Part shown: piece after piece, positions 39,778-48,619 of the stretch | Position numbering within the stretch: position 1 is the first letter of the stretch | Layout of the letters: the number at the start of each line of letters is the position of its first letter | From: an uncultured Elusimicrobia bacterium | GTDB taxonomy: Bacteria; Elusimicrobiota; Elusimicrobia; 2-01-FULL-59-12 | NCBI GenBank assembly: GCA_964604825.1 | Contig: CAZSAL010000004.1 | Location: forward strand, 11,400 to 75,399 | Direction: 5' to 3' | Length of the DNA: 64,000 nt | Notes under the pieces: generated by a model | Databases searched by the model: none | The model's input: only the letters and a program-made list of their open reading frames with translations | Told to the model about the DNA's origin: nothing | Made by a program: the position numbers and the translations under genes

Positions 39778-40827
39778 ATGGAAGAACAGACACCCGAACC
39801 GAATCTGACTCCCGTGGTACCTGCCGAGATCCCGAGCGCTGTCCGTTCCGGGACGTCATGGAACCCGGGTCTTTGGCTCGCGCTGGCGGCGCTCTTGTTT
39901 CTGGCCTTCTTTTTCATGAAGGGGGGAAAGCGTAGAGCTCCAATGGCTGCAAATGAAAGCGACTTCAATACGGCAAGCGCCTCGCCCTCGACCGCCCCCA
40001 CGTTAGCGGTACCCACAATTCCTATTCTCCCACCGCCGGCGGCCTGGCAGAGACCGGAACAGGCGTCTCTGCGTGATGCGCGCCGCAATTCCCCCGTCGT
40101 CCTCTACACCAACACCGCCGCCACCCCCGGCGCGGGGTCGGGCGCCTCCTCCCCCGACCCCGCGGCCGGCCCTCCCATGCCTTCCGGGTTTCATCCCACC
40201 AGCAGCGGCTCGGCCCGTTCGTCGACCCTGGGCGACCGGGAATTCATCATCGCGGAAGGAAAACTCCTGGATGCGGTCCTCGAAACAGGCATCAACACGG
40301 ATCATCCGGGCATGCTCCGGGCGCTTATCTCGGACGATATCTACGGAGATTCCGGCCGCACGGTGCTCTTGCCGCGAGGCTCACGGCTGATCGGGCAGTA
40401 CGACGCGGACGTCGCTCAGGGACAATCCCGCGTCTTCGTCATCTGGCAGCGCGCCATCAGACCGGACGGCATCGACATCGCCTTGGGTTCCGGTGGGACT
40501 GATTCTCTCGGGGAAGCCGGGCTTTCAGGCGATGTGAACCGTCATTTCTTCACGATGTTCGGGGCGGCCACGCTTTTGTCTATTATCGGGGCTTCGGCTG
40601 CGACCATCGGCGTCGGTGCCCAGGATGCTGGGAACTCCCTGGCGACCTATCGGAGTTCGATGGCGCAGGGGTTCAGCGAGGCGACCAACAATGTGATGGG
40701 CGTGTTTGTGCGCATAAAACCCACGATCTCCGTCCCGCCCGGGACTTCGGTCAAAGTATTTGTGGCCCGTGATCTCTATTTCGATCCGGCGGCTATCGCT
40801 TCCCGCCGGGTCCAGGTTATTCCATGA
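39778..40827 (+). CDS. virB10: T4SS core protein VirB10/TrbI
   Basis: TM helix, Pro-rich linker, C-terminal VirB10 beta-barrel domain. Confidence 0.8.
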   Translation: MEEQTPEPNLTPVVPAEIPSAVRSGTSWNPGLWLALAALLFLAFFFMKGGKRRAPMAANESDFNTASASPSTAPTLAVPTIPILPPPAAWQRPEQASLRDARRNSPVVLYTNTAATPGAGSGASSPDPAAGPPMPSGFHPTSSGSARSSTLGDREFIIAEGKLLDAVLETGINTDHPGMLRALISDDIYGDSGRTVLLPRGSRLIGQYDADVAQGQSRVFVIWQRAIRPDGIDIALGSGGTDSLGEAGLSGDVNRHFFTMFGAATLLSIIGASAATIGVGAQDAGNSLATYRSSMAQGFSEATNNVMGVFVRIKPTISVPPGTSVKVFVARDLYFDPAAIASRRVQVIP

Positions 40828-41798
40828 GCCGAGTAGCCCTTCGAACGTTTCTATCGCCTCTTGATTCCCTCTTGAGCGAGGATGACGTGAGCGAGATCTC
40901 AATCAATCAGCCCGGGGAAGCCTGGGTCGAGCGCAAAGGGGAAATGAAGAGGCTCGATCTGCCTGCTCTCGATCCCGAACACCTTCGTCTCATGGCGGAT
41001 TTAATCGCGGAATCCTCCCAACAGCAACTGTCGCCCGAAAAGCCGCTTCTTTCCGCAACTCTGCCCGAGGGGCACAGAGTTCAGATTGTTCTCCCGCCCG
41101 CCGCTGAAGACTTCTGCTGTTCGATACGAAAACCGGGCGTCATTCACTACGACCTGGCCGCTTATGAAGAACAAGGGGCCTTTGCCGAAACCGCCACCGC
41201 TCATGAGGTATCGCCCGACGAAGCTCTCCTTACCGGCCTTTTGCGCCATCACGACATTCCGACCTTCATCCGCACCGCGGTCCAAAGTCGCCGCAATATC
41301 CTGATTTCAGGGGGAACTTCGACCGGCAAAACGACTTTCTTAAACGCTTGTCTTCAGGCCATCCCCGATCACGAAAGGTTAGTCACTGTGGAAGATGCCC
41401 GCGAAGTGCGCGTGCGCCAGCCCAACCGCGTTCATCTTCTGAGTTCGCGCGGCGGCCAGGGGCGAGCCCAGGTCACGCCTCAACAGCTGATCGAAGCGTC
41501 TTTACGCCTGCGGCCCGACCGCATCATCATGGGCGAATTGCGAGGGGTCGAAGCCTTCGCTTTTCTGCGCGCGATTAATACGGGTCATCCGGGCTCGATC
41601 GCAACGATTCACGCTGACTCACCCGAGATGGCCTTTGAACAACTGGCCCTCATGGTCCTGCAAGCCGATCTCGGCATGACTCGGCCGCAAGTTCTGGACT
41701 ACGTTCGTCATGCCATTCCCATAGTGCTTCAGCTCCACCGAGGCGACGCCGGACGTCGGGTGGTCTCGGAAATCTACTACGCGGGGTATTCCTCATGA
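40824..41798 (+). CDS. virB11: T4SS ATPase VirB11
   Basis: Walker A GGTSTGKTT; PulE/VirB11 family. Confidence 0.85.
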   Translation: MSRVALRTFLSPLDSLLSEDDVSEISINQPGEAWVERKGEMKRLDLPALDPEHLRLMADLIAESSQQQLSPEKPLLSATLPEGHRVQIVLPPAAEDFCCSIRKPGVIHYDLAAYEEQGAFAETATAHEVSPDEALLTGLLRHHDIPTFIRTAVQSRRNILISGGTSTGKTTFLNACLQAIPDHERLVTVEDAREVRVRQPNRVHLLSSRGGQGRAQVTPQQLIEASLRLRPDRIIMGELRGVEAFAFLRAINTGHPGSIATIHADSPEMAFEQLALMVLQADLGMTRPQVLDYVRHAIPIVLQLHRGDAGRRVVSEIYYAGYSS

Positions 41799-43537
41799 AT
41801 CAAACACGCGGCATCTGGTGGTCGGCGGCAGGCCTCACCGCATTGATCGCATGGTCTTGGCTCGCCGGCTTTGTCTTTTGCGTTCTGGCACGACTTCCGT
41901 TCCATCAAGTCACGCCCTGGACGCTCTGGCATTACTTTCCCTTTTACTTTACTTCCCCTCCGGTTCGACAGCTCATGAACACCTCCACCATCGCCGCCTT
42001 TGTTCTGTTGGCGCTTCTGGTCGGGTCCTGGATCAAGAATCAGAAGCTCATCAGCCCTTACGGCGATGCCCGCTGGGCGTCGTGGGGTGAGGTGCGGCGA
42101 GCGGGCCTCCTCTCCCGGACTGGCATTTTGCTGGGACGGCGCGCGGGACGGTTCCTCTGCATGCCGGGCTGGGAGCACGTGATGTGTTTTGCGCCGTCCG
42201 GCTCCGGCAAGGGAGTAGGCATTGTCATCCCGAACCTTCTCCATTGGTCAGATTCCGCGATCGTCCACGACGTGAAGGGGGAGAATTTCCGCCTCACGAG
42301 CGGTTACCGCGCCGCGCATGGACAAAAAGTGTATTTCTTCAATCCCGGTGATCCGGATGGGCGCACTCATCGGTACAACCCCTTCCAGTTCGTAAGCGAC
42401 GATCCAGGACTTCGAATCGACGATCTTCAGAAAATTGCCCATCTCTTATTGCCCAAGCACGATTTCTGGGAAAACGAGGCCCGTACGCTTCTCGTGGGTT
42501 TGGCGCTTCATTTATTGGATGAATCGGGCGCAGCGGTGTCTTTCGGCAACATTCTCTGCACCATCCGGGAATCGAACTTTTTTGATTATGTGCATGACCT
42601 GTTGACGCGGCGCCGGGATGGGATGAATCCCGTAGCCTGCATGGCCTTAAACGCTTACATTCAAAAAGCCGAGAAGGAACGAAGCGGAGTCCTTTCCACA
42701 TTGAGTTCCGCCCTGGAGCTTTGGGCAAACCCTCTGATCGACGCCGCCACCTACGCGAGCGACTTCGACCTGCGCCGCTTCAAGAAAGAACGGATAACGC
42801 TTTATGTAGGGGTCTCCCCGAACAACCTCCACCGTTTGCGGCCTCTCCTTCAGATCCTTTACCAGCAGGCCACCGACATTCTCACCGAAAAGGAACCCGA
42901 CCCAAAGACAGAACCTTTCGGCGTGCTCTTTCTGATGGACGAATTCGCCAGCCTCGGGCGCATGACGCAGTTTGAGCAGGCGAGTGCCTATTTTCGCGGC
43001 TACCGGGTCCGATTCATGATGATCATTCAGGACTTACCTCAGTTGGAGCGGCATTATGAACGGACGGGCCTTTATTCGTTTCTCGGAATGTCCAAGGTAA
43101 AAGTGACTTTCGCCTCCGGCGATTATGAGACGGCGGAAGTCATCTCCAAATATCTGGGGAATTTCGGAGCTCGTACCGAATCCGAGAGTCAAAGCGAGCC
43201 TACGGGATCGCTTTGGCTTTCAGGCCGCACCAGCCGGTCGTTCTCTGAGACTTCTCGAGCCCTGCTCCTTCCGCAGGAAATCCTTCAGCTCCCACCGGAT
43301 GAGGAAATCGTCATGATCGAGGGACTGCCTCCCATTCGCGCAAGCAAGATCCGCTATTTTCAAGAATCCGTCTTTACGTCCCGGATGATTCCACCGATAC
43401 CGATTACTCCCATCACACCCATTCTGCGTGAGCTCAAAGTCGTTTCCTTGCCTCCGGCGCGCGAATTGAGCGAGCAGGAAAAGGATCAGTTCCGGCAGCA
43501 ATACGCGATCGACGACCATCCTCAAGACGCCGCATGA
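41795..43537 (+). CDS. virD4: type IV coupling protein VirD4/TraG
   Basis: N-terminal TMs, Walker A APSGSGKG, TraG/VirD4 body. Confidence 0.85.
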   Translation: MNQTRGIWWSAAGLTALIAWSWLAGFVFCVLARLPFHQVTPWTLWHYFPFYFTSPPVRQLMNTSTIAAFVLLALLVGSWIKNQKLISPYGDARWASWGEVRRAGLLSRTGILLGRRAGRFLCMPGWEHVMCFAPSGSGKGVGIVIPNLLHWSDSAIVHDVKGENFRLTSGYRAAHGQKVYFFNPGDPDGRTHRYNPFQFVSDDPGLRIDDLQKIAHLLLPKHDFWENEARTLLVGLALHLLDESGAAVSFGNILCTIRESNFFDYVHDLLTRRRDGMNPVACMALNAYIQKAEKERSGVLSTLSSALELWANPLIDAATYASDFDLRRFKKERITLYVGVSPNNLHRLRPLLQILYQQATDILTEKEPDPKTEPFGVLFLMDEFASLGRMTQFEQASAYFRGYRVRFMMIIQDLPQLERHYERTGLYSFLGMSKVKVTFASGDYETAEVISKYLGNFGARTESESQSEPTGSLWLSGRTSRSFSETSRALLLPQEILQLPPDEEIVMIEGLPPIRASKIRYFQESVFTSRMIPPIPITPITPILRELKVVSLPPARELSEQEKDQFRQQYAIDDHPQDAA

Positions 43538-43590
43538 CGCACCCTCGCGGAGCCTGAAGCCCGAGGCATTACCTCAAAGGAGATACCACC

Positions 43591-44145
43591 ATGGCCACCA
43601 AAGCCGCAAAGACAACGAAAGAAAAAGTAGCGCCTGCGCCGGAGACCAAAACCCCGCCCGCCAAAGCTCCCGAGCCGACTCAACAGCCGAGTCCATCAAC
43701 GCCTGCGCCGCAGCAGACGTCTGTCGCCGATGCGCCCGCCGTATCCACACAAGCTTCCGTTGCGCCGCCGAATGGTGTTCGCATGCCGGCGATCAATGAC
43801 GTCCGCGTAGCGGGACGCCTCACTCGCGATCCCGTCATTCGGGAAGTCGGCAGCCAGAAAGTCGCCAACTTCGACATCGCCGTTGAGAAACGCTACCGCG
43901 ACGCACAGAACCAGTGGCAGAAGCAGGTCTCCTTCGTCCCCTGCGCCGTTTGGGGAGTCGTGGCCGACCGCGCGAGGGAATTCCTAAAGAAAGGCAGTCC
44001 GGTCTATCTCGAAGGACGGCTTCGCTCCCAGTCCTGGCAGACCCGCGATGGTCAGAAGCGTTCCATCATGCGTCTGGAAGCCTTCAAAGTGCAGTCGTTG
44101 GCCAGAGGGCAAGCGCGGAGCCAGGGACAGGAAGTCGGCGACTGA
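43591..44145 (+). CDS. ssb: single-stranded DNA-binding protein with a Pro/Ala-rich disordered N-terminal extension of about 65 aa
   Basis: SSB OB-fold core (RLTRDP...VWG...YLEGRL...W...). Lacks a canonical acidic C-terminal tail. Confidence 0.7.
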   Translation: MATKAAKTTKEKVAPAPETKTPPAKAPEPTQQPSPSTPAPQQTSVADAPAVSTQASVAPPNGVRMPAINDVRVAGRLTRDPVIREVGSQKVANFDIAVEKRYRDAQNQWQKQVSFVPCAVWGVVADRAREFLKKGSPVYLEGRLRSQSWQTRDGQKRSIMRLEAFKVQSLARGQARSQGQEVGD

Positions 44146-44154
44146 GGCTAAGCC

Positions 44155-44565
44155 ATGGTTGATACGAACCCAGCTCCAAATAATGCGTATCCGCCTGACG
44201 ACGTGTCCCGTGCAAATGACTTCCGCCTGGCGGGACGCGTCGCGGGCGATGCCATCTTCCGCGGTCTTGACGGGCGAAGGTTCCTCCAATTCCGCCTGGC
44301 CGTCGAAAGAGACTACAGGGATGTTTCGGACCGGGAAGAAAAGCAGGTCACCTATGTTCCGGTGGCCGTTGGGGGAACGTTGGCGACTTACTGCCGGCCA
44401 TTTCTGCGGGATGGGACCCCGATCTATATCGAAGGACGGGTGCACTCACATACCGTGAAAACTCCGGACGGCGGTCAACGTACTCAATTGCGCTTCGACG
44501 CCTTCAAGGTGCAGTCGCTCGCGCGGGGCCAAAGCCGGAGCCAGGGACAGGACATTGCAGACTAA
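44155..44565 (+). CDS. SSB-like OB-fold protein (paralogue 2)
   Basis: Paralogous to the upstream ssb; shares the C-terminal FKVQSLARGQ.RSQGQ tail. Confidence 0.65.
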   Translation: MVDTNPAPNNAYPPDDVSRANDFRLAGRVAGDAIFRGLDGRRFLQFRLAVERDYRDVSDREEKQVTYVPVAVGGTLATYCRPFLRDGTPIYIEGRVHSHTVKTPDGGQRTQLRFDAFKVQSLARGQSRSQGQDIAD

Positions 44566-44589
44566 ACAGCACCGTCGGGAGGTTTATCC

Positions 44590-44985
44590 ATGAATGACAC
44601 AGTTCGGAAACAAGCACCGCCGGGCCTTCTGACGCAGAAGGCTCCGCGGATGCTGTCGGTCAACAAGGTTCGTCTGGCAGGACGTCTGACCCAGGACCCG
44701 GAAATCCGGTCGGCGATCGGCGACAAAATGATCGTGCATTTGAATCTGGCACTTGAGCGTCCTTACCAAGGCAGTACCGGACATCTGCGACAAGAGCTCA
44801 CGTTTGTTCCGGTCACCGTTTGGGATAGCCTGGCGGACAGTGCGACCCGGGATCTCAAAAGGGGAAGTCCAATCTACGTTGAAGGCAGGCTTAAGAGTGA
44901 TCGATGGAAGGCCGGAAGCGGAGAGGTTTGTTCCGCGCTGAAAATCGAAGCCTCCAAACTCCAGATGCTTTCAGCGGCGGCTTAA
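44590..44985 (+). CDS. SSB-like OB-fold protein (paralogue 3)
   Basis: Paralogous OB-fold core (RLAGRLTQDPE...YVEGRL); divergent C-terminus. Confidence 0.65.
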   Translation: MNDTVRKQAPPGLLTQKAPRMLSVNKVRLAGRLTQDPEIRSAIGDKMIVHLNLALERPYQGSTGHLRQELTFVPVTVWDSLADSATRDLKRGSPIYVEGRLKSDRWKAGSGEVCSALKIEASKLQMLSAAA

Positions 44986-45275
44986 GGCGCCGCGCGCCTT
45001 GGCCGGCGCAGGCTTTCCCACTCGGCTAGAAATCCCTGTCGGCTAAGCTTGACTCTTTTGAGCCGATCGCTAGTCGTTGCGGCCAAAGCCAAGCAGGCGC
45101 TGCACAACGAATACACATACTGTTCCTTCCAGGAGAGTAAGACTGTGAGACCGGCCGTCAACAAAATACTGATTCCCTGAGCATAAGCCTGTAAATCTAT
45201 GAAATTTCCTTTCTTTGCCACTTCATCGCGGTACTGGATTCTCGCGTCTTTTGTTCCGTTCTTCGTCATTGTCAT
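44982..45275 (-). CDS. hypothetical small membrane protein (two predicted TM helices)
   Basis: Minus-strand ORF in the 720-bp gap; start taken at MTMTK with an AAGGA upstream. Only weak support. Confidence 0.25.
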   Translation of the reverse strand: MTMTKNGTKDARIQYRDEVAKKGNFIDLQAYAQGISILLTAGLTVLLSWKEQYVYSLCSACLALAATTSDRLKRVKLSRQGFLAEWESLRRPRRAAP

Positions 45276-45706
45276 TGGTCCTTTCGATGCTTCGCTATCC
45301 GCGAAGACACCGCGAACCAACGGCGAGCAATGAAGGGTCCCGCCCAGGGATCGACCGGCCCGCAGGGATCGGGGAGACCTGGAACATTCAGGGCGTCCTG
45401 AGAAGGCGTCACCACGCCGGTTCATGCCGTGGATACATCACGGCATGGAGGGGCGACCGAGCGTCAGCGACGGAGAGGGAGGAGGGGAGGGATAAATGCG
45501 AAGCGTTTATGCTCGCCAGCGACCTTGACGAGATCCATCACAGTCGCCGGCCATGTGGCGACCCCTCGCCCCGCGAGCTGGGGCAGCTGCTAAAATGGAG
45601 CGTCTACGGGGGAAAGCTCAGCCCCAACCACTATTCTCACTAAGGCCTTCGATAGCTGCTGTCGAAGCGTTGACTTGCCTCCTAAAAATGGGTAGAAAAT
45701 GCCCCA

Positions 45707-45735
45707 TTGACAATTGGCCATCTAATTAATATGGT
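45707..45735 (+). promoter_or_regulatory. candidate sigma70-type promoter for the Ubl-like / E2 / E1 / JAB operon
   Basis: TTGACA, 17-nt spacer, then TATGGT, about 30 nt upstream of the AGGAGG-ATG of the first gene. Confidence 0.4.
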
Positions 45736-45764
45736 ATGTGCAATTGTAGTAATCAGGAGGAAAG

Positions 45765-45959
45765 ATGGACAAAAAACCGACAATTCAGGAGCTGGAAGCT
45801 CTGCTAAACAGCGAAGAGGAGACTCCTATCCAGATTCTACCCAACGGGGAAATCCGACCTGTGGGCCAGGTGAACCCTGCAGATCTAGGAACAAAAAAAC
45901 CTCTGACGATGAAAGAAAATCTGGGGGGCGAGTACGGGGGGCAGCCTGGTGGATATTAA
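45765..45959 (+). CDS. small acidic protein (64 aa) ending in Gly-Gly-Tyr; candidate ubiquitin-like / Pup-like modifier or tag
   Basis: AGGAGG SD. C-terminus ...GGQPGGY. 11-nt overlap with the GTG start of the E2-like gene. Confidence 0.4.
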   Translation: MDKKPTIQELEALLNSEEETPIQILPNGEIRPVGQVNPADLGTKKPLTMKENLGGEYGGQPGGY

Positions 45960-46326
45960 CCGGATTCAGCGAGAATTTTTGGAAGCACAAAAGACGTTCG
46001 CGTATTTAGAACTGCATCCGACCGCAGATGGACGGGTATTCGCGAAAACTGCCCTTCAAACGTCCATTCAAATGTACGTTTTATCGATTAAATTCCCTGA
46101 CAATTACCCTTATGAAATGCCCAGCGTTTATGTTGATACGCCTCCAATCGCCATTTCACCGCACCGGTACAATAGCGGCAATATATGTTACCTGCATCAT
46201 GCGATGTGGAATCCCGGCATTCACCAACTTTCCTTTGTTATCGGACGCGCGGCAAAATGGTTAAACAAGTACGAAATTTGGAAACGCAATGGTGGCCAGT
46301 GGCCCGGCGCAGAGATAAAGCACTAA
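45949..46326 (+). CDS. ubiquitin-conjugating-enzyme (E2/UBC)-like protein with candidate catalytic Cys
   Basis: UBC-like HPN-region analogue FPDNYPYEMPSVYV and catalytic-Cys context NSGNICYLHH. Confidence 0.55.
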   Translation: MDINRIQREFLEAQKTFAYLELHPTADGRVFAKTALQTSIQMYVLSIKFPDNYPYEMPSVYVDTPPIAISPHRYNSGNICYLHHAMWNPGIHQLSFVIGRAAKWLNKYEIWKRNGGQWPGAEIKH

Positions 46327-46335
46327 GAGGTCATC

Positions 46336-46866
46336 TTGAAAATTGAATTTAAAACTCTAAATATGATGCAGCTCAGAAAATCTCCCGGAGAGGTCCTGGA
46401 TCGTGTTGCCCGAGATGGGGAGGTCTTCGTTGTGGAAAGGAACGGGCAGCCCAAGGCTTGTTTGGTCCCCGTCTCATTCCTCATGCCGGATGTATCGCCT
46501 GACCGCATTACCGATGAGCTAAACAAGCTCCGCGATAAAAATGAAAATTTCAAGGTGACCATTAGCGACGGCAAAGAGTTGGAAATCAGCTTCCACGAAG
46601 TCGCCGCGGGCGAAAACGTTGTGGTGACCGTCACTCTACCTCACGGATATCCCAATTCTGCCCCTCGAATTCAAGTTCCACAGTTGCCGTCGAACACGCC
46701 CAAACGATGGCAAGATGGTTCCTTGTCCATTTTTGGAGCGACGGCGACGTGGAATACAAAAAATCACGACGTCGTTTATGCGCTGGGCGAGGCGAGACGA
46801 TGGCTACGACAATATGCAAAGTGGCGCAAAAATGGTGAGTGGCCGACAACGCCGGAGGGCGCTTAA
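46336..46866 (+). CDS. E2-like paralogue lacking the catalytic Cys (UEV-like), with a Phd/YefM-antitoxin-like N-terminal extension
   Basis: LPHGYPNSAPRIQV and DGSLSIF (Cys replaced by Ser) are paralogous to the upstream E2-like. N-terminus QLRKSPGEVLDRVARDGEVFVVERNGQPKACLVPV resembles Phd/YefM. Confidence 0.5.
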   Translation: MKIEFKTLNMMQLRKSPGEVLDRVARDGEVFVVERNGQPKACLVPVSFLMPDVSPDRITDELNKLRDKNENFKVTISDGKELEISFHEVAAGENVVVTVTLPHGYPNSAPRIQVPQLPSNTPKRWQDGSLSIFGATATWNTKNHDVVYALGEARRWLRQYAKWRKNGEWPTTPEGA

Positions 46867-47720
46867 TGAGCGAGGACCGAATTTTTGAGCGAATCGAATC
46901 ACTTTTTGACATTCAGCTGTTAGCGCCCGTCAAAGTCCTAATCGCTGGATGTGGGTCCGGCGGCGGGAGCGTAGCCTTGGCTCTTGTCATGTCTGGGATC
47001 CGCCACTTCGCGCTATTAGATCGCGATGTGTTAGGCCCGGAAAATGTCATCCGGCATGTCTGCGGAAGACGGTTTATCGCCAGGAAAAAAGTGGACGCTC
47101 TCGCCGAAGTTCTGCTGGATCGAAACCCGAACGCCGATATACGAAAAATAGAAGCGGACATCATGAGCTATCCCGATATCGAAACGGAGATTAAAGCGGC
47201 GGATGTGGTCGTGCTCGCGACCGACAATGAACCGTCCCGCTACAAAATTAACGAAATCTGCGTTCGAAATGCCATCCCCTTTGTGGTCGGTCGCGTCTTC
47301 ACCCGAGGAATCGGCGGGGAAGTCTTCAGTTACAGGCCCGAATCGGGGGGATGTTTGGCTTGTCTTGAAGCGTCCTTACAGCGGACCCCGTTTAGAGAGG
47401 GCATCAAAGAGATTGACTTGGTTTCTGAGGAAGAACGGCAAAAAGTCTATGGGATGGAAATATCGGAAATAAAGGATTCCCCCGGACTGATCATCGACAT
47501 ATCCTTTATTACCTCCTTTCATGCGCGCTTTGTCTTAGACGCAGTCGCGCGACGGTTGAAAGAACGTCCGAAATATCTGAGCTTGATTGACGAAAATTAT
47601 CTCATTTGGGGAAATCGTCCCACCCACCCCTTTAAAAGGCATTTTCAGGTGCAGCGAATCATTCTGAATCGCCAAGAGGCTTGCGGAGTTTGTTCCGGGA
47701 AGGTTGGGGCCGATGTTTAG
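46839..47720 (+). CDS. E1-like ThiF/MoeB-family activating enzyme
   Basis: Rossmann GCGSGGG motif and a ThiF-like central region (ATDNEPSRYKINE). Confidence 0.8.
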   Translation: MADNAGGRLMSEDRIFERIESLFDIQLLAPVKVLIAGCGSGGGSVALALVMSGIRHFALLDRDVLGPENVIRHVCGRRFIARKKVDALAEVLLDRNPNADIRKIEADIMSYPDIETEIKAADVVVLATDNEPSRYKINEICVRNAIPFVVGRVFTRGIGGEVFSYRPESGGCLACLEASLQRTPFREGIKEIDLVSEEERQKVYGMEISEIKDSPGLIIDISFITSFHARFVLDAVARRLKERPKYLSLIDENYLIWGNRPTHPFKRHFQVQRIILNRQEACGVCSGKVGADV

Positions 47721-48615
47721 ATCAAAAACTTTGCAGATTCGCGTGTCGATCGCGAAAAAGGCTCTTGAGGCCATCTTTGACGAATGCGACCGGTTTGATA
47801 TGGATGAAACGGGTGGACGAATTATCGGCGACTATCGAAAAAAAGATTTGCGGTATGACATCGAGGTTCGAGGGGTCATTGGGCCGGGTCCCAATGCCAA
47901 GCGAACGGCCACGAGTTTTTTTCAGGACGGGGATTATCAGGAAAAGGTGTTCCGGTCTGTTGAACAAAGTCATCCGGATATCGAACATCTGGGTAATTGG
48001 CACACGCATCATGTGAACGGCTTGTCCACGCTCAGCTCGGGAGATAAAGCAACTTACCAAAACATCGTGAATCATGATCAACACAATACTGACTTCTTTT
48101 ATGCAATTCTGGTCGTCCGGAAAACTCCCGGCCGAAATCAACGCTACGACGTCAAACACTATTTCTTCCGACGTGATGATCGCGCAGTTTATGAGATACC
48201 CGACTACGAGGTTCAGATCGTCGATACGCCCATTCTTAGCCCGCTGCTCTCAGAAGGAACCGTTTCTGCGCCCACCCCATCGCGGCAATACGATGTTCTA
48301 GGCTACGCCAACCAGGAACGCGTCAGAGATCAGGAATTCTTTTCCGAGTTCTTTCCGGCGTTCAGACCCTTATTGTCCAAGAGCACGGGCACTTTCTATT
48401 GGAAAGGAAAATTGGACCTAATCGATGGGCGCGCAATCGATGTTCTGGCCATGGAAATCGCCGGCACATCGTCTTATTCCGTTACCGTGTCAGGACAAAA
48501 GATACCCACCTTGGACACCATCGCAAATTATAGGGACCGTGCTTTTAAATCAGCCCGGCAGGCCGTCATGGATCTGGAGAGAGATATGAATCAAGAAATG
48601 TACCGCAAGAAATGA
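47704..48615 (+). CDS. JAB/MPN (JAMM) metalloprotease-domain protein
   Basis: Upstream Glu, then HTHHVNGLSTLSSGD (HxH...SxxD JAMM-like motif). Confidence 0.7.
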   Translation: MGPMFRSKTLQIRVSIAKKALEAIFDECDRFDMDETGGRIIGDYRKKDLRYDIEVRGVIGPGPNAKRTATSFFQDGDYQEKVFRSVEQSHPDIEHLGNWHTHHVNGLSTLSSGDKATYQNIVNHDQHNTDFFYAILVVRKTPGRNQRYDVKHYFFRRDDRAVYEIPDYEVQIVDTPILSPLLSEGTVSAPTPSRQYDVLGYANQERVRDQEFFSEFFPAFRPLLSKSTGTFYWKGKLDLIDGRAIDVLAMEIAGTSSYSVTVSGQKIPTLDTIANYRDRAFKSARQAVMDLERDMNQEMYRKK

Positions 48616-48619
48616 CCCC

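Noticed and set aside
45949-46866. Calling the two E2-like proteins toxin-antitoxin components because of the Phd/YefM-like N-terminus
   Set aside because: No toxin-family partner (Doc, YoeB, RelE, ParE) is adjacent. The shared C-terminal domain is E2/UBC-like and is embedded in an E1-JAB operon, so the Phd-like segment is treated as a fused fold of unknown role.
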